Assembly (NCBI RefSeq): GCF_018350175.1
Contig: NC_058368.1
Span: forward strand, 89,468,001-89,532,000
Source of the DNA: Felis catus
Taxonomy: Eukaryota
Length of the DNA: 64,000 nucleotides
Direction: 5' to 3'
The notes beneath the pieces were generated by a model. It saw only the letters and a program-made list of their open reading frames with translations. It made no database searches and was not told the origin of the DNA. Positions 38,611 to 52,840 of the stretch are shown in pieces. Numbering within the stretch: position 1 is the stretch's first letter; each line of letters opens with the position of its first letter. The position numbers and the translations under genes are program-made.

Positions 38611-39514
38611 AAAGAGATAGCACAATACAAGCCCATGCTGATACAGCACATAAACAGCAATTTGAACAACACCTGGGGCATTCAGAAGGGACAGATATTT
38701 ACTAATCATAGAGCATGTCCAAGAGGGCCAGAAATCACTGAGAGACAACTCCAGGAACAAAAGAGCTGCCAGGTGCCATTTCGCTCTCTGCCCCCAAGCA
38801 TAAACATGGAGTCAAGTGTGGCACTAGTTTGTTGCTGTCATTCACTACTTAACATATTACACTGTGCCCGGTCCCTACTGCTGGGCATGCCTCAGTTCTG
38901 CTGCTGTGGGCCCCTCCCCCAGAAGACCAGTGCAAACATTGTAAACACGATCTCCTTTCTGTGTAGTTTAGGGGAAGTGCACCTCATTAAAACTGCACAC
39001 CCCATGCATGCATGCTTTGAAGAGTGGCCTTGGCCAACCCTGTTCTCAGCAACATAGGGACATGCCCTGTGGCTAAGAATGAGCACCGCATTGTTAAAAC
39101 TGTGCACCCCACCCTCTATATTCAGGAACAGGAGATGAAACTGACTTTCTTAATACATAAAAATAGACAGAGAGTTAGATAAAATGAGGAGACAGAGGAA
39201 TATAACCCACACTAAAGAAAAGGACAAAATCATAGCAAGAGAGCTAAATGAAATGGATATAAGCAATATGTATGATAAAGAATTTGAATGATCAAAATGA
39301 TACTCACTGGTCTTGAGAAAAGAGTAGAGGACATCAATGAAACCCTTAACAAACAGATTTTAAAAAAACTATCAGAGATGAAGAACACAATAAGTGATAT
39401 TAAAAATACATTAGATGGAATAAATAGTAGACCAGAGGAAGCAGAAGAAAAGATCAGTGACCTAGAGGACAGAGTAAGTGAAAGTAATCAAGGTGAGCAA
39501 GTGATAGAAAAAAA

Positions 39515-40345
39515 TAGGCCAACAGACACATGAAAAGATGCTCAATGTCACTCTTCATCAGAGTAATACAAATCAAAACCACACTCAGATACCACTTCAC
39601 ACCAGTCAGAGTGGCTAAAATGAACAAATCAGGAAACTACAGATGCTGGTGAGGATGTGGAGAAATGGGAACCCTCTTGCACTGTTGATGGGAATGCAAA
39701 CTGGTGCAGCTGCTCTGGAAAACAGTGTGGAGGTTCCTCAAAAAGTTAAAACTAGAGCTACCCTATGACTCAGCAATAGCACTGCTAGGAATTTACTCAA
39801 GGGCTACAGGAGTGCTGATGCATAAGGGCACATGTACCCCAATGTTTATAGCAGCACTTTCAACAATAGCCAAATTATGAAAAGACCCTAAATGTCCATC
39901 AACTGACGAATGGGTAAAGAAGTTGTGGTTTATATATACAATGGAATACTACTTGGCAATGAGAAAGAATGAAATCTGACCATTTGCAGCAACGTGGATG
40001 GAACTGGAGGGTATTACGCTAAGTGAAATATGTCAGGCAGAGAAAGATACCATATGTTTTCACTCATATGTGGATCCTGAAAAATTTAACAGAAGACCAT
40101 GGTGGAGGGGAAGGGGGAAAAAAAGTTACAGAGAGGGAGGGAGGCAAACCATAAGAGACTCTTAAATACTGAAAACAAACTGAGGGTTGATGGGGGATGG
40201 GGAAGAGGAGAAAGTGGGTGATGGGCATTGAGGAGGGCACCTGTTGGGATGAGTACTGGGTGTTGTATGGAAACCAATTTGACAATAAATTATTTTCAAT
40301 ATTAAATAAATAAATAAAAATAAATTCAAAAGACAAAAAGAAAAA
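39515..40345 (+). mobile_element. 5'-truncated felid L1 3' end nested in ORF1 of the older L1
   Basis: ORF2 C-terminus, 3'UTR and A-rich tail. Confidence 0.92.
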
Positions 40346-42042
40346 AATGTGCAAGATAAGAATAGATTTAGAGAATTCAGTGACACCATCAACCATAATA
40401 ACATTCACATTATAGGGATCTTGGAAGGAGCAGATAGAGAAGAGGGGGCAGAAAATTTATCTGAAGAAATAATAACTGAAAATTTCGTGAATTGTGGTGC
40501 CTAGGTGGCTTAGTCGGTTAAGCATTCAACTTCAGCTCAGGTCATGGTCTCGCAGTCTGTGAGTTCCAGCCCCATGTTGAACTCTGTGCTGAGAGCTCAG
40601 AGCCTGGAGCCCGCTTCAGATTCTGTGTCTCCCCCTCTCTACACCCTACCCCTGCTTGCACTCTGTCTCTCTTTCAAAGTAGAATTAAGACATAATTTTT
40701 TTTTTAAATTCCTGAATCTGGGGAAGGAGGTTCAGATCCAGGAGCTACAGAGATTTCCTCAACAAAATCAACCCAAAGGAGGTACACATCAAGATACATA
40801 ATAATCAAAATTCAAAAAAGCAGAAGTAAAAAGAATTTTAAAAGCAGCAAGAGGGCGACACCTGGGTGGCTCAGTAAGTTAAACTACCTCTTAGCTTTGG
40901 TTCAGGTCATGATCTCATGGTTTGTGAGTTCAAGCCTCATGTCAGGCTCTGCACTGACTGCAAGGAGCCTGCCTGGGATACTCTCTCTCCCTTTCTCCCT
41001 CACTCTCCCTTCCCCTCCCTTTCTCAAAATAAATGAATAATCTTAAAAAAGAAGAGGCAAGTGGAAAGAAAACAGTTATATGCAAAGGAGACCCCAAAAG
41101 GCTCTCTGCACTTTTTTCATCAGAGACTTTGCAGGTCAGAACAGAGTGGCATGATATATCCAAAGTGCTGAACAAAAAAATCTGCAATCAAGAATACCCT
41201 ATTCAGCAAGGGTATCTTTCAGAATAGAAGAAATAGTGTTACCTAGACAAACAAAACTTAAAGGAGTTCATGATGGCCAAAGCAGCCCAAAAAGAAATGT
41301 TAAAGGGGACTCTTTCAGTGGAAAGAAAAGACCATAAGTAAGAGTAAGAAAAGTAGAAAGCATAAAAGCCATAAAAATAAGTACAGCATATTTATAAAAA
41401 TCAGTCAAGAGACTCACAAAATAAAAAAGATATAACATATGACACCATATGCCTAAAATGGGAAGGGGGCAAGTAAAAATGTTTTCAAACTTAAGAGACC
41501 ATCAACTTTTGATAGATATGCATAAGATGTTATTCAAAAACATAATGTTAACCTCAAATCAAAAACCAGTAATAGATATGCAAAGAATAAAGAGAAAGAA
41601 ATCCAAGTATATCACTAAAGAAAGCAAACTTATGATGAGAGAAGAGAGCAAGGGAAGGAAGAAACAAGTAACAAAATGGCAATAAATATATACATGTCAA
41701 TAACTGCTTTTGATATAAATGGACTAAATGCTCCTATCAAAAGACATAGAGTGACGAAACAGATTTTTTTAAAAACACCCACCTTTATGCTGCCTATAAG
41801 AGACTCATTTCACCTAAAGACACCTAAAGATTGAAAATGAGGGGATGGAGAAACGTTTATCATGGAAATGTAAGTCAAAAGAAAACCAGGGTAGCCATAC
41901 TTATAACAGACAAATTTTATTTTAAAACAATACTGTAATAAGCGACAACTAAAGACACTATATAATCATTAAGGGGACAATGCAACACTAAAGCATAACC
42001 TATATTAGGTATATATATCTAGGAGCACCCAAAAACATAAAA

Positions 42043-42674
42043 ACTTGAACATATTGGTGGTTAGGGATTTGGGTTTATGCAAAATAAAATCCGGGAACAA
42101 GGCAATGGGGAGGAAGGTTGTTTACAGCGGACATGAGGCAGCACCTCTGTTTATCTTTGCTAGCCTAAGGGATGAGACAGATAGGGAGAATAAACTCAGG
42201 GTTGACAAGGCTCCTTTTCTTTTGTTAACCATCTCTGCTCTGGGCTGCTTTGCTTGCAGTGCAGCAGTCCATAGTCCAATTCACCAATTTACCTAACCTG
42301 GCCCTATTCTCCTATGAAAGCATATTTTCTGCTATAGTACTAAATTGGGGGTGCTTCCACCCTGCATATCTAATCTTGTTTATTTCATATATCTATGTAT
42401 TGGATAGATGGTACTTTGCACCATTTCTATTTTAGGCCTTTGCCTCTCTATTTTGGGGGCTCTGCACCCCTTTCTATTTTGGGGTGCCTTTGCACCTTGC
42501 TAATCCTGGAACCTTTGCACCTCCCTATTCTAGGGATGTCTTTGTACCCCCTATTCTTGGGGTGCCAATCTGACTTACCCAAACTCGGGTGTGAGCATTT
42601 TATGACTTTGTATTTCTTTATGCTTGTTAACCCATTGGTGTAAGCCCAGGGGATTCCTAAGCTTATCCCCTACA
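42043..42674 (-). mobile_element. Probable ERV solo LTR (possibly partial) inserted in L1 ORF2
   Basis: Non-L1 block interrupting the L1; the minus strand begins TGTAGGGGATAAG; ataaaa flanks both sides; internal degenerate repeats. Confidence 0.6.
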
Positions 42675-44400
42675 ATAAAAGTGTTAATAACAAATACAAA
42701 GGAAATAATTGATAGCAATACAATAATAGTAGGGGGTGACAACACCCACTTACATCAATGGACAGATAATTTCAACAGAAAATCAACACTGACACAGTGG
42801 CTTTAAAGGACACCCTGGACCAGATGGATTTAATAGATGTATTAAGAACATTGCATTCTAAAACAGCAGAATACACATGTCAGTTGCACATGAAACACTC
42901 TCCAGAAACTACATATTAGATGATAAAACAAGTTTCTTCTATTTCAAAAAGATCTAAGTTATACCATGCATCTTTTTTGACCACAAAGCTATGAAACTAG
43001 AAAGCAATCACAAGAAAAAAACTGAAAAGAGCACACATACATGGAGGTTAAATAACATGACGAAACAAAGAATAGACCAATCAGTAAATCAAAGAAGAAA
43101 TAAAAAATTACTTGGAGACATATGAAAATAAAAACACCATGGTATAAAATTGTTGTGATGTAGAAAAATTAGTTCTAAAAGGGAAGTTATACCAATACAG
43201 ACCTACCTCAAGAAGTAACAAAAATAAATAACCCAATCTATGCCTAAAGGAGCTAGAAAAAGAACAAAAAACCTAGACCAGCAAAAGAAAGGAAATAATA
43301 TAGAGCAGAAATAAATAATATAGAACTAAAAAAAGAAAAAACATATCGATGAAACCAGGAGCTGTTTCTCTGAAAAGATCAACAGAAATAATAAACCTAT
43401 AGCCAGATTCATAAGAAGAAAGAAAGAAAGAAAGACTCAAATATACAATACCAAAAACAAGAGAAGAAATAAATGACACCACAGAAATATAAAGGCTTGT
43501 AAGAGAATATTATGAAAAATCATATGCCAAAAAACTGGACAATCTAAAAGAGATGGGTAAATAACCTCCTAAAACTGAATCCGGGAGAGGTAGAATATTT
43601 GAACAAAGAAATTGAATCAGTAATCAAAAAAGAAAAAAAGAAAAGAAAAGAAAAGAAAGGCAAAGCCCAACAAAGATCTAGGACCAGATAGTTTAATTCT
43701 ATGAAATATTTAAATAGAGTTAGTAACTCTTTTTTTAAAACTTCTCCAAAAAATAGAAGAGGAAGGAAAACTTCCAAATTTATTCTATGAGGCCAGCATT
43801 ACTCTGATTCCAAAACCAGATAAGGACACCACACAAAAGAGAACAACAGGCCAATATCTCTGATGAACATAGATGTGAAAATCCTCAACAAAATATTAAC
43901 ACCAAATCCAAGAATACATTAAAAATTCATTCAACATGATCAAATGGGATTTATTCCCAGGATGCAAGCATGGTTTAATATTTGCAAACCAATCCATGTG
44001 GTACATCACATCAATAAGAGAAAGAATAAAACTATATGATCATTTCAATAGATGCAGAAAAATTATTTGACAAAGTCCAACATCCATTCTTCATAAAAAC
44101 CCTCAACAAAGAAGGTTTAGTGGGAACATACCTCAACCTAATAAAAGCCTCATATGAAAAACCCACAGCTAGCATCATACTCAATGGGGGAAGAGTGAGT
44201 TCCCCCTAAGATCAGGAACTATCCACTATCCACTATCACCACTATTATTAAACATAGTACTGGAAGTCCTGGCCACAGCAATAAGACTAGGAAAGAAAAA
44301 GACATCCAAATAGGTAAGGAAGAAAAAAAAATTCACTATTTGAAAATGACATGATTCTATATATGGTAATTCCTAATGGAGTCCTAAAGACTCCACAGAA

Positions 44401-44612
44401 GGGGCGCCTGGGTTGCTCAGTCAAGCATCCAACTTCAGCTCAGGTCATGATCTCATTGTTCATGAATTTGAGCCCTGCATCGGGCTCTGTGCCGAGAGCT
44501 TAGAGCCTGGAGCCTGCTTCGAATTCTGTGTCTTCCTCCCTCTCTGCCCCTCCCCTGCTTGCACTCTGTCTCTCTCTCTCAAAAATAAATAAACATTTAA
44601 AAAAATTTTTAA
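44401..44612 (+). mobile_element. CanSINE
   Basis: TSD aaga(c/g)tccacagaa. Confidence 0.92.
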
Positions 44613-47600
44613 AAAGAGTCCACAGAAAAACTACTAGACCTGAAAATGCATTCAGTAAAGTCACAGGATACAAAATCAATTAAAGCAATCCATTGCATAT
44701 TATATGCTAATAATGAAGCAGCAGAAAGACAAATTAAGAAAACAATTTAATTTACAATGCCTCCACACATAATAAAATATCCTGGGATAAAATTAACCAA
44801 AGAGTGAAAGACCTACACTCCGGAACCAAAAAACATTGATGAAAGAAATTGAAGATGACACACAAAAAATGGAAAGAGATTCCATGGTGATGGATTTGAA
44901 GAACAAATATTGTTAAAATATCTATACTACACATAGCAATCTACAGATTTAATGCAATCCCTATCAAAATGTCAACATTCTTCATAGAACTAGAAAAAAC
45001 AATCTTAAATTTGCATGAAACCACAAAAGACCCCAATACCCAAAGGAATCTTGAAAAACAAAAAGAAAATTGGAGATATCACAATTCCTGACTTCAAGTT
45101 ATATTACAAAGCTGTAGTGTGCCTACGGGATAGGCACAAAAATAGACATATAAATCAATAGACCAGAATAGAAAGCCCAGAAATAACCCCCAAATTTTAT
45201 GGTCAATTCATCTTCAACAAAGCAGGAAAAAAATATCTAATGAGTAAAAGACAGTCTCTTCAACAAATAGTGCTGGGAAAACTGGATAGCTACATGCAAA
45301 AGAATGAAACTGGACCACTTTCTTACACCATACGCAAATAGATTTAAGACCTAATCATGAGACCTGAAACCATAAAATTTCCAGAAGAGAACACAGGAAA
45401 TAATGTCTCTGACATCAGCCATAACAACATTTTTCTAGACAGGTCTCCTGAGGCAAGGGATATAAAAGCAAAAATACACTATTCGGACTTCATCAAAATA
45501 AAAACCTCTGCACAACAAGAAAACAATCAACAAAACTAAAAGACAATCTACTGAATGAGAGAAGATATTTTCAAACGACATAAACGATGAAATATTAGTA
45601 TCCAAAATATAAAAAGAACTGGTACAATTCAACACCCCCAAAACAAATAATCCAATTAAAAAATGGGCAGAAGAGGGGTGCCTGGGTGGCTCAGTTGGTT
45701 AAGAGTCCGACTCTTGGTTTCAGCTCATTAAGGAGTGCACTTGTGATGAGCACTGGTGATGTCCAGAGGTGTTGAAACACTATATTTTATACCTGGAATT
45801 AGTATCCACCTAATATATGGAAGTATTGAAACACTATACTGTACACCTGTATGTTAACTATACTGAGATATGATAATAATAATAATAAAATGATAATAAC
45901 AATGATAATAATTATAAAGACATCTTGATGGTCTTTGGCCCATACTTAATCAGAATGATACTTAATTTACAACAGATGGGGGTGCTTACTATTCTACTTC
46001 AAGAAGAACTTGGGCTGAGAGACCTTTGTCCATTATACCCTTGTAGTTACTGAATATAAAAACTATTAATTCAATTTCTCTTATTTCATTGAGATATAAC
46101 TAGGACAGAACTTTGAATTTTCAAAAAGGTCATGTCAGTAAAAGTTTATTCCATCTCAAATTTCCCTTAAAATATTTTATTTTATTCTTTCAATTTTTAT
46201 ATTTAACTGTGATTGAATTAAAGTGTTTTTAGGATTACGGATTATTAATTCCATAGAAAGTAATAGTTTCTTCTGCCTGCAGGAATGCTGATCTTGCTCA
46301 AACTTTTCCCCCCCACAAAATATCGTGTAAGATGCCCAAGATCACTCCCACTCACATAGAAAGCCTATTCACTGCCATTGCTCCACATCCCTGGGCTTCA
46401 AGTGTGCAGATCTCCCTGCTTCCCTCCCCTGAAATTCCATTTCTTTCCTTCACTCTGTGATGATGCTGATAGAGAGTCTCCCCATCCTCCTCTCCTATTC
46501 TGAACACTAACTGGTTTCAGGAAGAGGTTGTCTTCTGGAGGCATGTGGACAGTGCATTTAAGAAACTTTGATGAGTGATTTTGATGTACCTGGTGTTGCC
46601 CTAGGCTCTGGGACATAAATATGAAAAGAAAATCATTATAAATCTGAGGCTGCCTTCTCAGATGTGTGAAGAAGATTGAGTTACTATTTTTTCATTACTG
46701 AATTTAATTTCCATTCTGAGTTCATATTCCATAAGGAAATTCCAAGTAATCTTAGCATACTCAGGAGTTTTCTTTTCCTAACCCTCATGACTAGGCCTAA
46801 ATTTTCAGAGACTTTGTAATATCTTGATGTTGGCCAGGCTGATCTCCAGGTGTTGTTACCTGTCCATGCCTGCACCTGCCAAGATGTGTATTGTTGTGTC
46901 AGATTCTGGCCACAGACCACACAGGACACAGTCATCATCTCTCATTTCATAATGAAAGTCCCTATATAAGCTACTATTGTACTTTCCTGGAAGGCACATT
47001 GGCAATTTGGCTGTCATCCCAAGACATTCTGGAAACAAGAAACAAGACCAACCTAGTCTTTCTTCTGTGTTGCACGGTATCTTCCTTTCATGCCGTGGCA
47101 CACTCCCAAATTCCCAAAACTTTGCGGGGGATATTATTTTCTCTTTCAAACTGGACTTGGAGTGAATTGTAGAGTGGAGCACCAGCCTTTCCTCAGGGAG
47201 TCACCCACGTCTATGCTGTCAAACATTAGTCAGATGCTCAACTGCTCAGAATTGCCCACTTGGTTAGTGTCACAAACTACCATGTCACACAAAGAGTTGT
47301 TCTGATGCTGGGGTACAAGCTAGAGCTCCATGGCCCAGTCTGGGTTACCATGAAAGACTTTCATGGAGGAAATGAGGTCTAAGTGAGGCTTGAAGGATGA
47401 ATTGGAATGAGCTGGGCAAATTGGAAGAAGGAAAAGCCTTCCAGGTCAAAAGGAGATCATGAACAAAGACAAAAGAATGAAGCAGTTAGGTACATCTGTC
47501 TTTGGATCCTCAAGTAGATCTGTTGCTGGAACAAATAATGCAAGCTCAGTAGTGGTAGCAAATGAGGGGAGAGGTCCATTAAGTGATTCTTGAAAAATCC

Positions 47601-48220
47601 ATTGAGCTAAAGGGACTGTGCCATCTAGGGGGCACTACGTAGGGGACTGAAGCTTGTAAAATGACCACAGAATTTATCTAAATCTAAAGGATGACAACAT
47701 GAAAAGAGAAGACTAGCACCATCCCAGCCCAGGTCACAATTAGCAAAAATTATGTATGTCCATCAATTTTTCTCAGAATAATGGCAAAAGTAAGCCTTTT
47801 AATGGCTTGCTAAACCAGACATGACCTGGCCTGCTGAACCCTTCCCATGCCCTCACATCCCCCCTGTGCCCTCACCAGCTGATGTGTCTCTTCCTCTGGC
47901 TGCAGTGCTCCCCTCGCAGATTCCCTTATGCCCTTTTCCTGACTTCCTTAAGAGTTTGCTGAAACCTCATCTCCAAGACAGTGTCCTTCCTGACCACTAC
48001 TTTCAACGTTCTAGCGTCTTACCTCCACCAGCAAACCTTTTATCCTTCATTTACATTCCAACATGCTATTATGCTGCTTGCATGAAAAATAGGATCACAC
48101 TTAAAGTATTAATTGTGTCTCCTTTGTTTACTGATGTATGGCCTACATCTGGAAGTACAGGCTTATAAATAATATTTAGTCACATGAATTATCAATGACT
48201 TTTAAAACCTTGGATATTAA

Positions 48221-48420
48221 GGGGTACCTGTGTGGTTCAGTCGGTTAAGCATCTGACTTTGGCTCAGGACATGATGTCACAGTTCCTATGTTCAAGCCCC
48301 ACATCGCTGCTGTCAGTGCAGAACCCACTTCGAATCCTCTGTTCCCCACTCTCTCTGCCCCTCCCCCACTTGTGCACACACACTCTCTTGAAAATAAATA
48401 AACATTAAATTTAAACAAAA
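48221..48420 (+). mobile_element. CanSINE (unit B-specific)
   Basis: TSD aaaaccttg(g/a)atatt; empty site at ~25860 in unit A. Confidence 0.88.
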
Positions 48421-48671
48421 ACCTTGAATATTGAAACCTGAACACTGAGTAAATAGTTGTCGAATGATTAATAGAGATAAGAGATGGCATTTTTAGGTCT
48501 GATATTGGAGTCAGGTGCCTGTCTTACTAAAGAAGGGGGTACACTCCAGGGATGGGAACAGGAAAGAAGCTCTACTTTCCCAGAAGTCACAACATTAGCT
48601 TAGAATAAAATTCTGTTAAACTCACTTCCAAAATAGGAACTCACTGATTCTGTTGATATATATATCAACAG

Positions 48672-48816
48672 AAGAGCAGAGGGGGAGAGAGAGAGAATCT
48701 TAAGCACTGCATGCTCAGCGCAGAGCCATCACAGGGTTCCATCCCACCACCCTGGGATCACAACTTGATCTGAAATCAAGAGAGGGTCACTCAACCTGCT
48801 GAGCTACCCAGGTGCC
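48672..48816 (-). mobile_element. Older short CanSINE (unit B-specific)
   Basis: Minus-strand head ...gagctacccaggtgcc; tgttgata flanks. Confidence 0.8.
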
Positions 48817-49048
48817 TCTGTGTTGATAGTTTTGTACAAAAAATTCTGAGCTCAGCCCTATCTCATTAAACTAGACACAACATGAATTTCAGGGTAATTT
48901 ATTTTTCAGGGTGATTGCTTTATTACAAAATGCAAGATTTTGACAATTGTACAAATTGAACAAATTTCCACAAGGAAAATTAAAAAAAAACAATAAATTG
49001 CTTTAATTATATAGTTACATTAATTAAAGCACTTATATGTATTAGGTT

Positions 49049-49757
49049 TTCAATTAAAAATTCAGTTGGTTTAGTAGCCCCAGAACCTTAGCACTTATAT
49101 TTCTTTTTAATTGAATCAATAGAGGTTTGGATGCTCCAACATAAATTATGGATCAATACTAAAGTGTCTGAGGAAAGAAATTACTCTCTGGATGGCTGTA
49201 CTTTGACTAGATTAAACAAACAAACAACCAAAAACACCCTGCTTTCTAGCGGGTGAAAACAATGAACACTCTGAGTTTACTTTCTCCTCTAGTCTTCTAG
49301 AACTCCTCAGAAAAACTTCTTTGAAAATTAGAAGAAGAGATGTTTGTGACCTCAGGTGCTGACTATGATTAAAAACACTTCCAAATTTATCAAGAGAACC
49401 CTCTGCAATTCACAGAGTAATTTGTGATTCCTCTGGACAAATCAGAAAGTTCACTGTGCACAAATGGGTTTTTTCAGTCCTTGGGGATGAAGCAACCCGC
49501 CCCTCATAGCCCTGGATCCAGGCAGCTGCATCCAGCTGAAGCCCATCAGAGGTGCCTCCTGAACTGCTGAGGAGCTCAGACTCAGTAAGTCCCCTCCCTG
49601 TGTGCAGCTCTTGCATGCAGGGAGAGACCTGGCCATTCTTTGCAGGAATTTTGGTTCCCTAATCCTTTCTTATGTCAAGTACATTTTCTGCTGAATACTT
49701 TGCCTGTGCTTAAAGGTAAGTCTCCTTTCTCTGTGTTTCTGCACCCACACTCCTGTA
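49049..49757 (+). promoter_or_regulatory. Near-identical copy of the putative V1R promoter/non-coding exon; donor AAG|GTAAGT at 49715/49716
   Basis: About 5 substitutions and one small indel versus 26334-27034 by eye. Confidence 0.65.
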
Positions 49758-50033
49758 TCCTTTTCTTTTTCTTATCATTTCTTTACTATTCCATTTCCCT
49801 CATCAGTCTTTCTTATTCCTCTTTTTATTTTGCTGAATTCTCCTGTCATTGCTCTTCCTTTATAATTCTCAGTGTTGTGATTAAAATTACTTATTTCTCT
49901 TACAGTCTTCAAACTTATCTGTTATGTTAATATTTGTATTTTTTTAATTAATCAATGTTTTTTTGTTTATACCTTTACTATCTTCCATCTTTCGTGGTTG
50001 TTCTCAAAAGTTCTCATTTATCACCCCTTGATT

Positions 50034-50486
50034 AATTTTTTTAAGTTTATTTATTTTGAGAGAGAGAGGGAGAGAGTGGGGGACAGGGGCAGAGAGAGAG
50101 GGAGAGAGAGAATCCCAGGCAGGCTCCACGCTGTCAGTGCAGAGCCTGATGGGGCCTGGAACTCACAAACCATGAGATCATCACCTGAGCTGAAGTTGAG
50201 TCAGACATTTAACTGACTGAGCCACCCAGGGGCAGGCACCCCTCAATCGTTAATTTATTTATTGTTTTTGCAATTCTATTTAATTTTTTTTACGTTTATT
50301 TATTTTTGAGACAGAGAGAGACAGAGCATGAATGGGGGAGGGTCAGAGAGAGAGGGAAACACAGAATCTGAAACAGGCTCTAGGCTCTGAGCACAGAGCC
50401 TGATGCAGGGCTCGAACTCACAGACTGCAAGATCATGACCTGAGCCGAAGTCGGACGCCTAACCGACTGAGCCACCCAGGCACCCC
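50034..50486 (-). mobile_element. Two adjacent CanSINEs (50034-50233 and 50284-50486)
   Basis: Two minus-strand SINEs; the second has TSD ttttgcaattctattt. Confidence 0.9.
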
Positions 50487-52469
50487 ATTTTGCAATTCTA
50501 TTTTAAATGTACCCCTGACTTGCTCCCTGCTTTTCCTCTTCTCTTCTACTTTTGACATTTCATTTCTTCCTTCTTTCACTCCCTTCTGTTATCTTAAGTG
50601 CTTATATTATATTCCTTTCTATAATCATTTACATTCTTAACATAGTTTTCTATAATGTTTTTTTCCTTTTTCCATGAAACCATTTCATGCATTACTACCA
50701 TCTCCATCAGAGTATGAATGACCACTCATACCTATTCTGTCTATTCTGACATATATGCTAATATTCTAAGATCCAAAATTTTTGAATATTCAAACTAAGT
50801 TTTTTTACTCTGAATCTGTCCTGTATATTGTCCCTCTCAATCACAATTTTTCTGAATCTCTTTTGGAAAACTTATTAAGTCACTAAAAATAATTATATAA
50901 ACCCATTTTGTATGGCAAAAAATATGAAGATGTATGAAAATCAAGGATTTTACTTCAGTCCAGACCTCACATATTTTTTTATGTAAAATTCAGATTCATA
51001 AACTAACTTGAAACATAAACAGCTGCATTTATTTAAGAAGCATTTCCAGTAAAAGTTTTCTTCTCTCATTCTTATTTATACAAGTTAGTATAAAGTTATG
51101 TTGTGTTTATTCATTCTTCTTTCTTTTTCTCTTCTTACTTCAGTCTACCCTTTCCCATCTTTAGTGTCTGCTGTTGGTGTCTCCCTTTCTTCCTCTCTCT
51201 TTATATCATGCCCTCTTCTCTTCTTGCCTCCTCTTTCCTTTAAAACTCATGACTCCTTACATTAACTGAATATTAGTTTTTTTAATTCCTTTCTCCATTG
51301 TTTTCCACATATGGTAAAAACCTCCTTTCCTTTTATTTTCTCATTTTTGTCTCTATTGTGTTGGTGTCATTTCTCTACTTTCCATTGCTTTGTCATAATA
51401 TTTCTCTCACTTGTGAGTGCCTTCTGATTTTTAGATTACATAAATTTATATCCCTTTTGAGTTTTACTATTTCTTACCGATCATGCTGAGGAGAAAAACC
51501 TCTTCCTCTACCCTCTTATGTTGGTTATGAGGGCCTGCAAATTAAATCAATAAAAGAAGAACAAGAGAAAAAGCAAAAAAAAAAAAATTATTCACATGCT
51601 TATGGGAGTTCATAAAAGAAGTAACTCGTAAATGGCTAAAATTAGGAGTTTATATACTCAACCTCAAAAAAAGAAAGAGGGGAGAGAAAAGGCTTCTGTG
51701 GTAAGAATAAATGGGTTTTGAAGAGAACAAATACAAGATAAGAAATTTGTATAATCACTTTGTATGCAGGTGCAAGTAGTATTTTCTTTCTTTCTCAGGA
51801 CCATAAAACACCATCAGAGAAGGGAATTTATAAAAGTTTCTTTCTCAGTCGTTCCTGAATTTAGTGAGAAAGGAAAGCCTCTAGGAGGCTTATTCCTGCA
51901 GCCGTTGAATCTCAAATGTGTTTGCTCTAAAGTAATATTCACTTGGGAGTTAAAAATAAAATAAAAATAAAAATAAAATCACATTAACTTGGAGAATTCA
52001 ACGGGTCTCCACAATACTATCTAAATTATTCTCATATCAAATTCTTACTCAGAAACCAAAGCTTCTCACACATTATTCTTTTTTCTTGCTTTCCTAAAAT
52101 TCCCCATTTCATGTTTTTTAATTATTCTGATATGTATCCTAATATTTTTTATTTATTATTAGGCTTCATTTTTTCTACAATCCTTTCTCTGTGCTTTTTT
52201 ATTTGCACAATTTTCTTTATTTTCTTGCCTGTTTTCAATTGTATTTTTTTTTCTCTCTTTCCCTTGTTTTTTTTAGCTGATTTCCCTGTTGGCATGCCAC
52301 TACTCTCGTCCTTTTGTCTTTTTTAATTCTACTTGTACCTTCATATTTATTATTTCTCTTTACCTTTCCACCTTGATTAAACATTGTCTCCTAATTTCTA
52401 TTCCCTTTCTCTCTCATTTTCTTTCATCTCCTCCACTGATCTATTAATTTATTTAAACACTGCTTTTTA

Positions 52470-52696
52470 TTTTATTTTTATTATTTTTATTTTTTATGTT
52501 TTAGAAGTTTTTATTTAAACCCAAGTTAGTTGTGGCACCTGGGTAGCTCAGATAAGCGTTGGACTTTGGCTCAGGTCATGATCTCACAGTTTGCGGGTTC
52601 CAGCCCCACATCATGACTCTGTGCTGACAGCTCAGAGCCTGGAGCCTGCTTCAGATTCTGTGTCTCCCTCTCTCCCTGCCCCTCCTGGGTAGCGCA

Positions 52697-52731
<35 letters not shown>

Positions 52732-52840
52732 AAAAATAAACATTAAAAACAAATCTTAACACAAGTTAGTTAACACACAGTGTAATATTAGTTTCAGGTG
52801 TACTGAGCACTTCCATACAACATGCAGTGTTCATCACAAA
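52470..52840 (-). mobile_element. Short L1 3' tip (minus) with nested plus-strand CanSINE (52531-52750)
   Basis: T-rich tail and L1 3'UTR end; SINE flanked by caagttagtt. Confidence 0.8.

Larger units (their letters stand above)
38036..45870 (+). mobile_element. Older near-full-length carnivore L1, degenerate, with multiple nested insertions
   Basis: 5' end gggaagatgg..., ORF1 remnant (LEKRVEDINETL...[13 protein letters not shown]), ORF2 remnants and 3'UTR at ~45727-45870. Nested L1 3' ends, SINEs (~40494-40690, ~40852-41050, 44401-44612, head only at 45675-45726) and an LTR. Confidence 0.85.
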
